Source of the DNA: Vicugna vicugna
Taxonomy: Eukaryota
Assembly: GCA_013265495.1 (NCBI GenBank)
Contig: MU058824.1
Location: 1,116,001 to 1,141,369, forward strand
Direction of reading: 5' to 3'
DNA length: 25,369 nt
The first letter of the stretch is position 1, and the number at the start of each line of letters is the position of its first letter. Below the pieces are notes generated by a model, which did not search any database, was not told the DNA's origin, and saw nothing but the letters and a program-made list of their open reading frames with translations. The translations under genes were made by a program, and so were the position numbers. Shown here in pieces: positions 1 through 10,899 of this stretch.

Positions 1-914
1 CATTTCACATGACCTACTTACAAACCTAGAGGGCTGTAAACCGTTTATATAAATTTCTAGTTTCTATCCTATTTATGTTAGTTGGTGACTAGGAACATTT
101 GAACAGCATACAAATCTATGGTCAGAAAATATTAGCTTGTAAACACTACAACCCTGCCCCCAATCATCTCTTTAGATTCAGATTGTTTTTCTGTTCCATC
201 ATTTGCAGAGTCTTCATCATGGACAGATCTGTACGGGTCAGCCCTAGACCAGGGATTTATTTGTGCCCATAAACAAAACCCCCATATTAGTCACAAACTA
301 TTTCTGATTCTTGGTTAACATTCTTAAACATCTTATCTCCCAGGGGACTCTTTGCCCTGTCATATGAAGATGATGTTTCAAGATTTATATTTCCCCAAAG
401 AAGCGAGTAGATCATAAAACTTAATGTATTCCGTGGTTTGGAATGATAATTTGGCAAAGAGGTGAGGGAATATTTCACTGTGGATCATTACAACATCCGT
501 GTAAGTTGCTAATATACTACTTACTACTTCCCTTTAAATATTCATCCAGCTCCTGTTTATGGAATGGCTCCTATGCCCCCAGGATGGCCTATGGGTGGTC
601 ATGTCATGGGGATGGGGGACAGAGCTGAAGATGGCTCCCTGACTTGGGTCAGAGGGTTGTGGATGGAGACAAGACAAGCTGTCAAAACGACTAGTTGTGG
701 GGAGCGTGATGGAGACCACGAGGGGAGAGGACTTTGACACGGAGAAGGGACAGCCGTGGGTCCAGGGATGACACTGTATGTGGCCATGCTGTCCCCAGAG
801 ACTAGGCCGAAATGAGCAGAGGCATATGCAGAGCCCAAATGCAGAGAGGAGGAGGAAGTGGGTAAGAAAAGAGGGTATGCAATGCAGGGAAGCTACCAGA
901 ACAGAGGAGGATTC

Positions 915-1100
915 GATTTAACCAATGCTTTCTGAGTATCTGTGCATTGATCCTGTGCTCAAGTTGTTTCCAATCTAGTAACAGAGGAGAGAAGCAGGCA
1001 CTTGGCAGTGTCTTCCAAGGAGGACCATAATAAGGAGGCAAAGATGAAGGAACCTTGAATTCTGTCCCTTAGCAGTAACCTCAAAAAGCTCAAAATGATG
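915..1100 (-). mobile_element. L2 LINE 3' end fragment (ancient)
   Basis: TTTAACCAATGCTTTCTGAGTATCTGTGCATTGATCCTGTGCTCAAG...GCAAAGATGAAGG...CCTCAAAAAGCTCA resembles the antisense L2 3' terminus. Highly diverged. Confidence 0.45.
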
Positions 1101-1106
1101 AGGTGG

Positions 1107-1326
1107 GATAGTACTGTGATTAGGGGCAGTCTTTGAAAACAGGATTCGAATCTTAGCACCATCCCTTCCTAACTAGGTGGCCTTGGGCCTGCGTCACTTC
1201 TCAGTGACTCGATTCTCCCACCTGCACAATGTGGATAATAATATGACACACCGCTCCAGATGATTATGAGGATGAAATAGAACAGCATATGCACAGCACT
1301 TAGCGGAGAGCCTAATGAATGTTGGT
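1107..1326 (+). mobile_element. MIR SINE
   Basis: B-box-like GGATTCGAATCTTAGC, core GTGGCCTTGGGC...CTCCCACCTGCACAATGTGGATAATAAT, and tail ATGAGGATGAAATAG...GCACAGCACTTAGC. Confidence 0.8.
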
Positions 1327-2207
1327 CTTTACTGTTACGCTAAGTGGTAATAGCCTAAGGGCGTTGATGCTTGGTTTACCCAAAGGCAAAGAGGAGCCAC
1401 TGATAACCTTTCAGCAAGAGAGTGATAGGATCCAGTCCTCATTTTAGAAAGGAGCCTGGAGGAGGTTACTGCTGGCATCATAGCCAGGGAAGAGGGAAGC
1501 TGGATTGTATCCTGATGTGAGCACAGCAGCACAGGCAAGCTTGTTTGAAACAGGGAAGACGTGTACCTGTGTGAAGCAAAGAAGAAAAAGATGGTAAAAA
1601 TGGAGATCTTGAAAGGAGACAGGGGAAGTAATCCCAGTTCCAAGTGGGGAGTTCTCAGATGGATTCTCCTTTCCTGTACCCCATAAACTTCAGTTTGCTT
1701 TCAATTTGCACTGGAATTTTAAAATCAATGGAAGCAGTAGAAGATAAAACTGAAGAAATATGGGCCACACAATGTAACAACGTTCCATGGGCCATTGGAG
1801 CCAAAATGACCAGATGCCAACATGGAGCTGACACAGTCTGCTGGAGACGAGGACATTGGAACCGGACAAGGGCAGCTAGGTCAGCAGCTTGAAGGTGGAG
1901 TTTAGTCTTCAGGCCCTGGAGCATCAGGAAGGCAACCAGACCTCAGTTCTCACTGCCAGCCTGTTAGCCCATTGTCTGGTTGGATGGCCTGTCCCGTCAC
2001 TCTCCCCGATGTGCAGTGGGGGAAGGGCCACATGTGCGCACGGTCATGTTCTCCAACCAGCGCTGAGCCAGGATGCTTTGGAGGTATTGTAGAGGTCAGG
2101 AACAGTCAGAGGGAAACATGTTTGCTTGTTTGTTTGTTTTTTAATGGAATTAGAATCAGGAAATTTTAGTACCCATGTGTATTTATTAGACATGGTTGAG
2201 GGAGACA

Positions 2208-2272
2208 ACAGTTAGAGCTCAACTAGTCTGATCTGCCCTTTCCACAGGTGAGAAGATCAAGGCCCAGAGAAA
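2208..2272 (-). mobile_element. MIR/MIR3 fragment
   Basis: TTTCCACAGGTGAGAAGATCAAGGCCCAGAGA matches the antisense MIR core (TTTTACAGATGAGGAAACTGAGGCCCAGAGA). Confidence 0.55.
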
Positions 2273-2779
2273 AAGAGGAAAGTCCCCATGTTCCTGTGCA
2301 TCAGGGTCTCCTCTCCACTCCCTCCCTCCAACTCCCCGTATCAGCGATCTTTCTCACCCTGCCACTGCCTCCCATGTCATAACAGCTCAGAGGACACTGA
2401 AGGCTGGGAGGTGCCGGAAAAGCAGAGCTGAAAGGGCACAGAGAGATCCCATCTCCTGCCACTGTACAGACAGTGAGACTCGCCTTAGGTCACAGGACGA
2501 GTCAGTGTTGGAGACAGGACCAGAGCTCTCACCTCACTGTGTGAGCTGTGACCAAACTCTCCCAGCTGTGCTGCCTCCCTCACTCTTGAGGTCTCAGAGG
2601 TAGGGACACTGCTGTGCACCACTGACCACGAAGTGGCCTCCTTCCGTGACAAGGCGGCAGCTCCATCCAAGCAGGCTGTGGGTTCTCAGGCTCCACCTCT
2701 GTCTCCATGACAGAAAGGAGGCTGGTGACAAAGCAGAAGTGGCTTTGATCAGAATCTCTTGTCTTCCTACATCACATCC

Positions 2780-2970
2780 TTCAGAGTGCCTTCACTTCCT
2801 TTGTCTCATTTAAACCTCGTGACCCCTTAGTAAGACAGGCGTGACAAACAGTATGACTCCCATTTTACAGGTGAGGCAGCTAAGGCTGGGGGTAAGCACA
2901 GCCTCTGAGCATCAGAGCTAGCTGGGGTTACAGCCCAGTTCTCTTGACTTCCCAGATCAAGTGGCTTTGT
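2780..2970 (-). mobile_element. MIR SINE
   Basis: TCTCATTTAAACCTCGTGACCCC...CCCATTTTACAGGTGAGGCAGCTAAGGCT...CCCAGTTCTCTTGACTTCCCAG is an antisense MIR core plus tRNA-derived part. Confidence 0.75.
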
Positions 2971-3681
2971 ATCTCAGAAGCCGTTCTTAAACTAGACTGC
3001 TCCCTAAGATTGGAATACACCCCTTAAAAGGATTTTAAAAGGTCTGGAGGTGGGGGGAAATCCCTGTCGCCATTCCTTAACAAAATCCTCTTTCTCAACT
3101 TCCCAGATGCCCAGGCGGGTACCCCTCACTGTCACCATAGGCATATCCAATGTGTGGATGACTATCGCCCTCTCGTGGCTGATGGACAAAGTACTTTCTA
3201 GTAACTAGGAGAACAAAGACCCGTCCATCTCCCAGCCTGCTCTCCCTGGCCAAGTGGCAAGTGGCGGTGGCAGTTCTTTTTTTTTTTTTTTTGTTCTGGG
3301 GGCCCTGGACTGACTAACAGGATGCACATCAGCTTAGGAAAGAGCTGTAGGGGCCAGGCTGAGGGGCCAAGTCTGAGGGACTGAGGTAAAAATGTGACTT
3401 CTGTCCGTTGCTTTGGTAGCATTTGGCTGAGAAGCCACGAGCCACCAGAGTTGCTCTAGTGCTCACAAGGGCAACACATGAGTGTCGGTTCTGCCTCAGA
3501 ACACCCCCAGCCTACCACTCAGCTGTCCCTGAGACCCAAATTCATGGCCCAGCTCTTCCAAGAAGCTGCTCTCTGGAAGCAGGAGAGCTGTGTGCCTGGC
3601 TGGCAGCCCGCACCCCTGGTCCCGCCACTGCCGCAGGCAGAGTGAGTGGGGACTGGGCTGAGGTCTGCTCGACCCTTACAC

Positions 3682-4041
3682 TTCTTTTTTTTCTTTTTTC
3701 TTGAAGTATAGTCAGTTATAGTGTGTCAATTTCTGATGTACAGCATGATGTTTCAGTCATATATACATACATATACATAAGTTTTCATATTCTTTTTCAT
3801 TGTAGGTTATTACAAGATATTGAACATAGTTCCCTGTTCTATACAGAAGAAATTTGGTCTTTATTTTATATACAGTAGTTTTGCAAACTTCGAACTCCCA
3901 ATTTATACCTTCCCACCCCGTTTGCCCCCCAGTAACCATAAGTTAGTTTACTATATCTGTGAGTCTGTTTCTGTTTTGTAGATAAATTCATTAGTGTCTT
4001 CTTTTTTCTTTTTTTTAATTCCACATATGAGTGATATCATA
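3682..4041 (-). mobile_element. 5'-truncated L1 3' end (artiodactyl/camelid-type)
   Basis: T-rich tail, then TTGAAGTATAGTCAGTTATAGTGTGTCAATTTCTGATGTACAGC...TTCCACATATGAGTGATATCATA. The minus strand gives the L1 ORF2 end remnant MISLICGI (ORF 3951..4151). Confidence 0.9.
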
Positions 4042-4604
4042 CACAGGGGCTGGTCTTGTTCAGCCCCGGGAATAAGGCCAAGCCCAGCCCGGAGCCAGTG
4101 AGGGAGAGAATGAGTGAGTTTGAATGAAAGATAATTTAGCCCAGCCATCAATCTCCCAGGACTACACTAGCCCAGCAGGAGAGTGAGGCCACTCTTGGGG
4201 AAGGTGGGCTTCGCCAGCGTCACACCTGTCAGGGCTCTGCTCCATGTTTGAGGATGAGACCACAGAAGGAGCTTCTGGGAAGAGTGGGGATGACTGAGCA
4301 TCCAACCTGCAATGCTTCTTTCTTCACCCATCTTTGCAGCCTCCACTCCTCCTGGGCCAGCCCCCAGGAGGAGCAAGTTGGCGGGACCAGGGGTAGATTC
4401 CAGGGGAGCTATCTTAGTGCCTCTATTTTCTCATCGAGACAATGGGAGCAAATACTATTGACTGACAGAGGTTTCAAACATTAGAAGAAGCAACTGATGA
4501 AAAGCTGTTAGCCCCGCAGTCAGTCTTCCTAATCATTTCTGGGCTTTGAGCGCTGGGCAGGCATTTCCTACCAAACTATCCACTCAGGCCCTGTTGCAGC
4601 AGGA

Positions 4605-4850
4605 CAGGGGAGTGACCCAGCGTCTGGGCACTGGAGCCCGCCTGCCCGAGTGTGACTCCTTGCTCTGATGACTTCCTCCAGCTGTGGCACTGTCTGCGCT
4701 ACATGCCTCATACGGCCCATCTAGAAGAGGGTGATGACAATAGCGCTCGCATCACAGGAGTGTTGTGAGCATTAAGTAAGTGAACACATGTCAAGAGATG
4801 AGAACAGTGCCTGGCACTTCGGAAATGCTCAGAGAAGTGAGCTCTTACTG
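4605..4850 (+). mobile_element. MIR SINE
   Basis: GGCACTGGAGCCCGCCTGCCCGAGTGTGACTCC...CACAGGAGTGTTGTGAGCATTAAGT...AGAACAGTGCCTGGCAC...ATGCTCAG, the typical MIR 3' tail. Confidence 0.8.
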
Positions 4851-5169
4851 TGTTACTGTGTAGAAGCTGCTTGTCATGAGGCCGGCTCAGCCTGGCATGG
4901 TGGAGCTGGAGCTGAGCTGCCTTTTACTTAAACATGCATCCTCCCAATGCACCCACTGGGTATAGTCTTCCTCTCCCTGCTGTCAACATGCCACTGATGT
5001 GAGAAGAAGGGCAGAGGAGGCCTTAAAGGCATTTGTCTGTCTAATATTTATTGAATTCATTAATGGATGTTATTTTCTGCAGAGACTTGCACTACATACC
5101 TGGATTTGTCAGTGAGGAAGCAGTAGGCGAAATGTTGGGTGTGATCTCCTACCTGTGCCTGAACCAGAC

Positions 5170-5420
5170 ATGGGAGCCATGCGTCCACTGAGAACCCCAG
5201 AGACCTTCGTGCCAACCCAGGACCATTTAATATTTTCATTAATGACTTGAAGGATGGAATCGAGACCCAGCTAATCAGATCTCCACATGATACGAGGCTG
5301 GAAGGGATCTTAGCCTCTTTGGAGGACAGGATTAAAATACAATCCAGGCTTGACAAATTGCAGAGAAGGACCTAAATCAATAAAGAGAGTGGCAATGAAG
5401 ATAAATGCAAGCTGCTCTGA
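5170..5420 (+). mobile_element. CR1/L3 LINE reverse-transcriptase fossil
   Basis: Frame from 5226 translates FNIFINDLKDGIETQLIRSPHDTRLEGILASLEDRIKIQSRLDKLQRRT*INKESGNEDKCKLL, colinear with the CR1 RT consensus pattern LFNIFINDL..G....L.KFADDTKL.G.....EDR..IQ.DLD.L..W...N.M.FN..KCKVL. Confidence 0.85.
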
Positions 5421-5554
5421 ACAGAGCTGAGAAAATTAGCCAGATACCAAATGGTGATGAGAGCAATGAGTTTTGAGGGGGCCCGGGAGGAGCTACCTGG
5501 ATGTAAATTAATCATGTTACAGCATTTGTAAAGCAGAGGCTCGCCTCTGTCATT

Positions 5555-5714
5555 GAGTGGATCTCAAACTTCAGTGAGTGTGAGAATTATCCAGAGAGCT
5601 TGGGGAAATGTAGGTTTCCAGGCCACAGGCCTGAGATTGTGCTTCAGCGGGTCTGAGGTGGAGCTGAGCTGATTCTGAGGCCGGCCATCCATGGGTGGTG
5701 CTTTGAGAAAGTAA
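5555..5714 (+). mobile_element. MER5A/MER5A1-like hAT-Charlie DNA transposon
   Basis: GAGTGGATCTCAAACTTCAGTGAGTGTGAGAATTATCCAGAGAGCTTG...TTCAGCGGGTCTGAGGTGGAGC...CTTTGAGAAA, with terminal inverted ends TCTCAAA/TTTGAGA. Confidence 0.75.
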
Positions 5715-5869
5715 GAGCCCAGCAGATAAAGAGGCAGCTTCTGTCTACACCTCTATGTCCCAAATATCTACTCTGGACACAGCCCGTGGAACGCTCTGCA
5801 AGGAGTGACTTCCATGGTCACAAGCTTGGGGATGCTCCCTCTTAGAAAGAAAAACAAAAAAAAAATCAC

Positions 5870-6012
5870 AAGGGAAGTCAGCATATTAATGACTCCAACA
5901 TTTTCTGTGATGAAATAAACAGCTTCACAGAGTTTTCCAAACTTTTCACCCAGGAGCCATTTCTTCCTGTAACATCCAGCAGCATCTTGCGGAACCCACT
6001 TCAGAAAATGGG
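5870..6012. mobile_element. hAT-Charlie DNA transposon fragment (Charlie4-like)
   Basis: GCATATTAATGACTCC...GTTTTCCAAACTTTTCACCCAGGAGCCATTTC...TAACATCCAGCAGCATCTTGCGGAACCCACTTCAGAAAATG resembles a Charlie-family end. Subfamily uncertain. Confidence 0.45.
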
Positions 6013-6299
6013 GTGCCCGGTCACCCCTGCCCGTGTCAAATTCTCCAGGATTTCTCAGCCCTTTCACTGCCCTGTGTTAAAATTTATCCAGGGGACTGGA
6101 ACTTGAAACCCTTTAAAATGCTGCTCTACCTCCCTGGCTTCCCACATCTGAATTTTCCTCTAACATTTTAGGAGAGGATGGAAGCAAATTAGAGCTCCAA
6201 GTCTTGGGCTTTCTCTCGCCTAGTGACAATGCAGCCTGTACCCTGGATTGAGGAGGGAAGGGAGAGCACTGTGCCCTCTTTGTTCGTTGTTTCCTTGAG

Positions 6300-6765
6300 C
6301 GTGGATCCGAATCTGCTGTTCCTCCTCGTCTGTTCTCTCCTCTCCCCGGTAATAGAGTGCCCCTGGCTCTTGAGTGAGGCCGTGCCCCACACTGTGGAAC
6401 CCCATGTCTCAGCCTCCTGTGCAGATGAGGCGGTCTGTCAGAGGCACGCGGAAATCGCCGGGGCAGGTCTCTGGGAATTACTGTAAAGGGCGCTGACACA
6501 TTTGTAAGGGCCCCCTTTGTGCCCTTCCCTACTCTCTTCTTCCTCCAGGAGGGGCGCGGGCAGCCATCCTGGGCCGTGAAGGGAACTGGCAGAGGGAAGC
6601 CACTTATGAAGGAGGGCAGAGCAGAAAGGTGGAAGGCTGTGATGGCATGCTGAGGCCGTCAAAGCGACCCTGCACTGCCCCAGAGGAGAAAGCGCACCCC
6701 CGTTTCATTTAAGCTGCTGTTTCTCAGGTCACTGTTACCAGGAGTTAATTTTGATCTCGCACCAG
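6300..6765 (+). mobile_element. Solo LTR, LTR33-like (ERVL class)
   Basis: Colinear hallmarks: GGTAATAGAGTGCCCC, TCTCAGCCTCCTGTGCAGATGAGG, TAAAGGGCGCTGACAC, GCAGCCATCCTGGGCCGTGAAGG, GGCAGAGCAGAAAGGTGGAAGG, TTTAAGCTGCTGTT...CTGTTAC. Confidence 0.7.
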
Positions 6766-7277
6766 CAGAATCAGCAAAGCCCTTTGGTCCTCTTCCCCAA
6801 ATCTCGGCCACGCTGGGCTACCACTTGACTGTGTCCCTGTGTGCCCTCGCTGCTCTTCGTGTATGTTCGAGTGCACATGTGTTCTTACTGTCTTTGGCAT
6901 GAGGCGGTTCTGTTTCTTGAGCCTGGCACCGTTCCCTGCATAGCCATGCCCCGTGTCTTTGGCTCCCTCACTCTTTTCTCCTTTATTGGAATTAACTGTG
7001 GGATGGAATTAACTCAGAATGACATTTCTGAGAGCCTCACGTCCCTCTAGAATGAACTTCCCTTTTGGAATATCTGTCTTGAGAACAGTTTTTTTCCCTA
7101 AAGTTTTATAACCTACATTCCTTTCTGAAACCAGTGAGCGGCTCCTGAGAAGTGGGTTGATTGGAAACCCCATCTCAAGAATTCCCTTTATATCACCCAT
7201 GAGACGTGCTGAAAAGGGAAAGAAAAACCATGCAACTGCAAAGAAAAACAAGAAATGAACATAATCAAGAGTCAGAA

Positions 7278-7462
7278 GGCTTATGGTTACCAGGGGTAAA
7301 GGAGGGCAGTGGAGGGATAAATTGGGAGTTCAGAATTTGCAGATACTAACTACTATATATAAAACAGATAAATAACAGGGTCCTACTGTATAATGCAGAG
7401 AACTATATTCAATACCTTGTAATAGCCTATAATGGAAAAGAATATGAAAAGGAATATATATA

Positions 7463-7519
<57 letters not shown>

Positions 7520-7618
7520 TTTGAATCACTATGCTGTACACCAGAAACTAACACAACATGGTAAATCGACTATACTTCAATTTAAAAAAAGAAAGATGTA
7601 AGCATAACAGCTTAAAAA
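7278..7618 (+). mobile_element. 5'-truncated L1 3' end with 11-bp TSD and extra 3' sequence
   Basis: CTTATGGTTACCAGGGG...GGGATAAATTGGGAGTT...CTGTACACCAGAAACTAACACAAC...GACTATACTTCAAT plus A tract. Flanked by direct repeat AAGAGTCAGAA at 7267-7277 and 7619-7629. Confidence 0.9.
7454..7520. repeat. Compound (TA)n(TG)n(TA)n microsatellite inside L1 3' UTR
   Basis: Directly visible ATATATATATGTGTGTG...TGTATATATA... Confidence 0.95.
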
Positions 7619-8189
7619 AAGAGTCAGAAAGATACACGATTTACTCCAGCAATGGGTCAGAGGGTGGAAGAGTCCTCTCTACAGTCAGTGCCCTCACTCC
7701 CACCTCCAGGGCCCTTAGAGCTCTGATCTGGGATGCTCCCCTCTCTTAGAGGTCCCACCGACCTGGAGTCTGCATTTGGCCTGTTAGGTACCTGGCAAAG
7801 GAGGAGAACCACTGGAGTTCCCTTCTGCTTCTGGCCATATGCAGAGGTCTGAACTTTCCCTCTCCTGTTCTTTGACTGGAAAGCCCATTTGCAAGGAGCT
7901 TTTTTTTCCAAGTTCAGATCTAGAGAGGCTGTTGCATTTCTGAGCGCTTCAAATGGGAGACTTGGGAGAAGGAACTAGGGTCCGTTGAACACCTGGCAGC
8001 TGGCGGGTGCGTGCTCATCACTGTTCCTCTTCAGTTCAGCCCGTTTTCATCATCTTCCTGATCCCTGAACTGGCCTCATGAACTTTGCTGCCTGGCCTCT
8101 GCAGGTTTTCACGTTGTGAACCCTGGATGTACATAATGCAAACTCGCACAGAGCATCTATTCTCACCCAATAATTAAGGCGGCATGTGT

Positions 8190-8290
8190 GTTGCCTTAAA
8201 ACGGGTAGGAGCCATGTGTCATGCATTCTACATCCCCATTGCCTCCTGGTGATTGAACGAATGAATGAACAAAAGAATGAATGCTGAATA
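8190..8290 (+). mobile_element. L2 3' terminus
   Basis: GGGTAGGAGCCATGTGTC...CTACATCCCCA followed by the (TGAA)n-type tail TTGAACGAATGAATGAAC. Confidence 0.5.
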
Positions 8291-9049
8291 AATATTGAAC
8301 AAGTTAAATACTTATGAACATGTGCAAACCATGTTAATCCTATAGGGAAGAAATTTAAGATGAAACTCACAGGATTTTGCTGGAGGATAATTGGACTCTC
8401 ACTCCCTGATACTCAAAACAAAAATTATCCCATTCTTTCCTGAATAGCTCCCAGATGATATCCTCTCCTTGTAAATTAAACTGTTTCCTCTAAAAACTTC
8501 GTGGAATAGACGAGGTGAGCGTCTCTTGAAATGTCAAGTCATTTTTTCAGTGTACTCACTGGGTTGCTTATCAGATGCCTTGTGCTTCATCTTCAGCGTC
8601 CTTTGGCCAAATAAACCAGTCAGTGCTCAATTCTCCAATTGACTGGATAGCTCAGGGAACAAACCCTCAAATCTGATTACAGGAAAATTCATTACTTTAA
8701 GTCCTCCCTCAAGGTTCAGAGCTCATAAAAGAAACCTCCAGAGGCCCTGGCTTAGGGAAAGAGAGGCCCCTTCGGTGCAAATCTACAGATTGGCAATAAT
8801 TAACCTGAACTAATTATGGTCAAGCCCCAGGTCAGTCTTCCTAGCTCAAGGCTGCCTCCTGACAAGCGGGCTTTCAGAGCAAGAACTTTTCACTCAAACA
8901 CAGAAGGCACATTCAGCAGATTTTAACATAAATGAGTGTGTACCCGAATGGCATCCTCACCAGGCAGAGACCAGCTGGGATGCAGGCTCACTGGTGGGGA
9001 CACAGAGCCCCAAAAAGGCAAATGTGCAAGGATGCTTTCGCTGGTCCTA

Positions 9050-10095
9050 CTTAAGAGATTCTTAAAGCTTTTAAAACAAATGCTACCACAAATATCAGTA
9101 CAGAAAGACAAACAGCAAGCTATGAAAGGATGACATGGAAAAATAAGAGAATAGTCCAAAAGAAAAAAACAGTAAATCATAAGGAGAGAGAGTTCACCAC
9201 AGAAACAAGAGCCAATCAGCATAATCAACATGGTGTTTTTAATGTTCAACCTTACTCTAGTAATAAAAAACCAAACAATGAGAGAATTTTTGTCTTAATA
9301 AATGACCAAATTATGGATATAATGCTCATATCTGTAGGGTGGTGAACTGAGCACTCTTAGTGGGAATATAAAGTGATAAATCATGCAGCTTTTGGAAGGT
9401 GACTTGGCAATAGATAACAAATGCTTTAAAATTTGCACATCCTTTAAAATTTTGACTTAAGAATTCTATCTTTAGGACAGTGGTTCCCAAGCAGGTGCGA
9501 TTTTGCCACCCAGGGGACATTGGGCAATCTGGAGATATTGATTGTCAGGACAGTTGGGGAGGGGTGTGTTACTGGCATCTAGTGGGTAGAGGCCACGTAA
9601 CCTGCTAAACATCCCACAATGCATGGGACAGCCCTCCAAGAGTAAAAATTACTGGTCCAGAACATCCGTAGTGTCACTGTTGCAAAACCCTGACTTAGGA
9701 GGAAAAACTCAAGTACACAGGGATATATATCCAAGGATATTCCATGCTGCATTGTACAAAAAGTTAAAAATTAGAAACTGCATAACAATAGGGGACTGGT
9801 TAAACAGATCGTTCTCCATGCATTCACTAGAATACCACAGAGCCACCAAAAGTTAAATAAATCCGTGTATATTGACGTGGAAATATATTCATCATATAGT
9901 GCTAAGTAAAAATGTCTGGTTTCAGAATCATGTGCCTAGTATGATAATATTTTTTGTTTGCATATATATGTATAGAAAAAGTCTGAACACTTTAACCTCC
10001 ATATCACATATTTGACCATGGTATTCTCTAGGTGGAAACATGATGAGTGATTTCAATTATTTATTTTAGCTTATGAGTTTTCTATTTTTCTTCCA
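9050..10095 (+). mobile_element. Old L1 (L1ME-like) ORF2 end/3' UTR, split by MER20
   Basis: A-rich, with motifs GTGGGAATATAAA...CTTTTGGAAGGTGACTTGGCAATA...TTTAAAATTTGCACATCCTTT, resuming after MER20 with CAAGGATATTCCATGCTGCATTGT, CAATAGGGGACTGGTTAAA and GTATATTGACGTGGAAA. Confidence 0.7.
9478..9692 (+). mobile_element. MER20 hAT-Charlie DNA transposon, full length
   Basis: Starts CAGTGGTTCCCAA, ends CAAAACCCTG, with internal TACTGGCATCTAGTGGGTAGAGGCCA and CTGCTAAACATCCCACAATGCA. 8-bp TSD-like flanks CTTTAGGA (9470-9477) and ACTTAGGA (9693-9700). Confidence 0.9.
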
Positions 10096-10606
10096 ATGGC
10101 ATGGCTAATGGGGAACTTGCAATGTCGTGTTTTGGACCAAGGACTGCAGAGTGAGATACAGAAGGTTTCTGGCTCGGTCCTTTCCCAGCAACGTGAAAAC
10201 TCAAAAGCTCTGGGACCAGGGAGCCTGCAGCCCATGTGCCAACAAGCAGCTTGGGCTGCCCCACCTCAGAGAGCTTCACCCCATTCCCCTTAAAGTCACC
10301 TCATGACATGATGTCCATTTTTCCCTTTTCTCTTCCTGGAAATCATCCAACAGCAATAATTTTTATTGAAACTGGAGACAACTAAAACTTAAAATTACTT
10401 GGAAGACCTGCCCACAGCAGTGGAATTAAGGAAAAGAATGAACACGGGAAATCTATGAGGAACTGGAGAGGCTGCAGACCCCAGGAAAGCCAGCAGAGTT
10501 CCAAAAATGAGGGACACCCCCTGACGGACTATTGGAGTAGCTTGTTTAAAGCAGTGGGAAGGCAAGGGCTATCAGCTAGCTTGAGAACATTTTCTGGACA
10601 TCGTTT

Positions 10607-10712
10607 TGTTTGTTTTTAATTGAAGTATAGTCAGTTACAATATGTCAGTTTCTGGTGTACAGCATAATGTTTCAGTCATACATATACATACATATATTTG
10701 TTTCCATATTCT
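10607..10712 (-). mobile_element. Very short L1 3' end insertion with TSD
   Basis: TTTTTAATTGAAGTATAGTCAGTTACAATATGTCAGTTTCTGGTGTACAGC..., same family as 3682-4041. Flanked by TTTTCTGGACAT(C/A)GTTT at 10590-10606 and 10713-10729. Confidence 0.9.
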
Positions 10713-10899
10713 TTTTCTGGACATAGTTTGGTTTTAAGAAGAAGAGGAGGTGGAGCTAAATGAGAGATCACCCAAACTAGCCATGTTTGCAGGAAGCAGT
10801 CTTCCTCAAGCAGCCAAAGAGAAGAGGGAATTTGTATGGCAAAAAACCAAAAACAAAATCCAGCTTCTTATCTCCATCAGCTTGGGAGCAGTAAAAGCT

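Noticed and set aside
1644..1924. Overlapping 82-aa and 89-aa ORFs and a possible acceptor at 1693
   Set aside because: No recognisable domain. The frame following the acceptor stops after 17 codons, and other frames are unidentifiable.
2972..3110. Possible MER5-like remnant
   Set aside because: Too diverged to support by eye.
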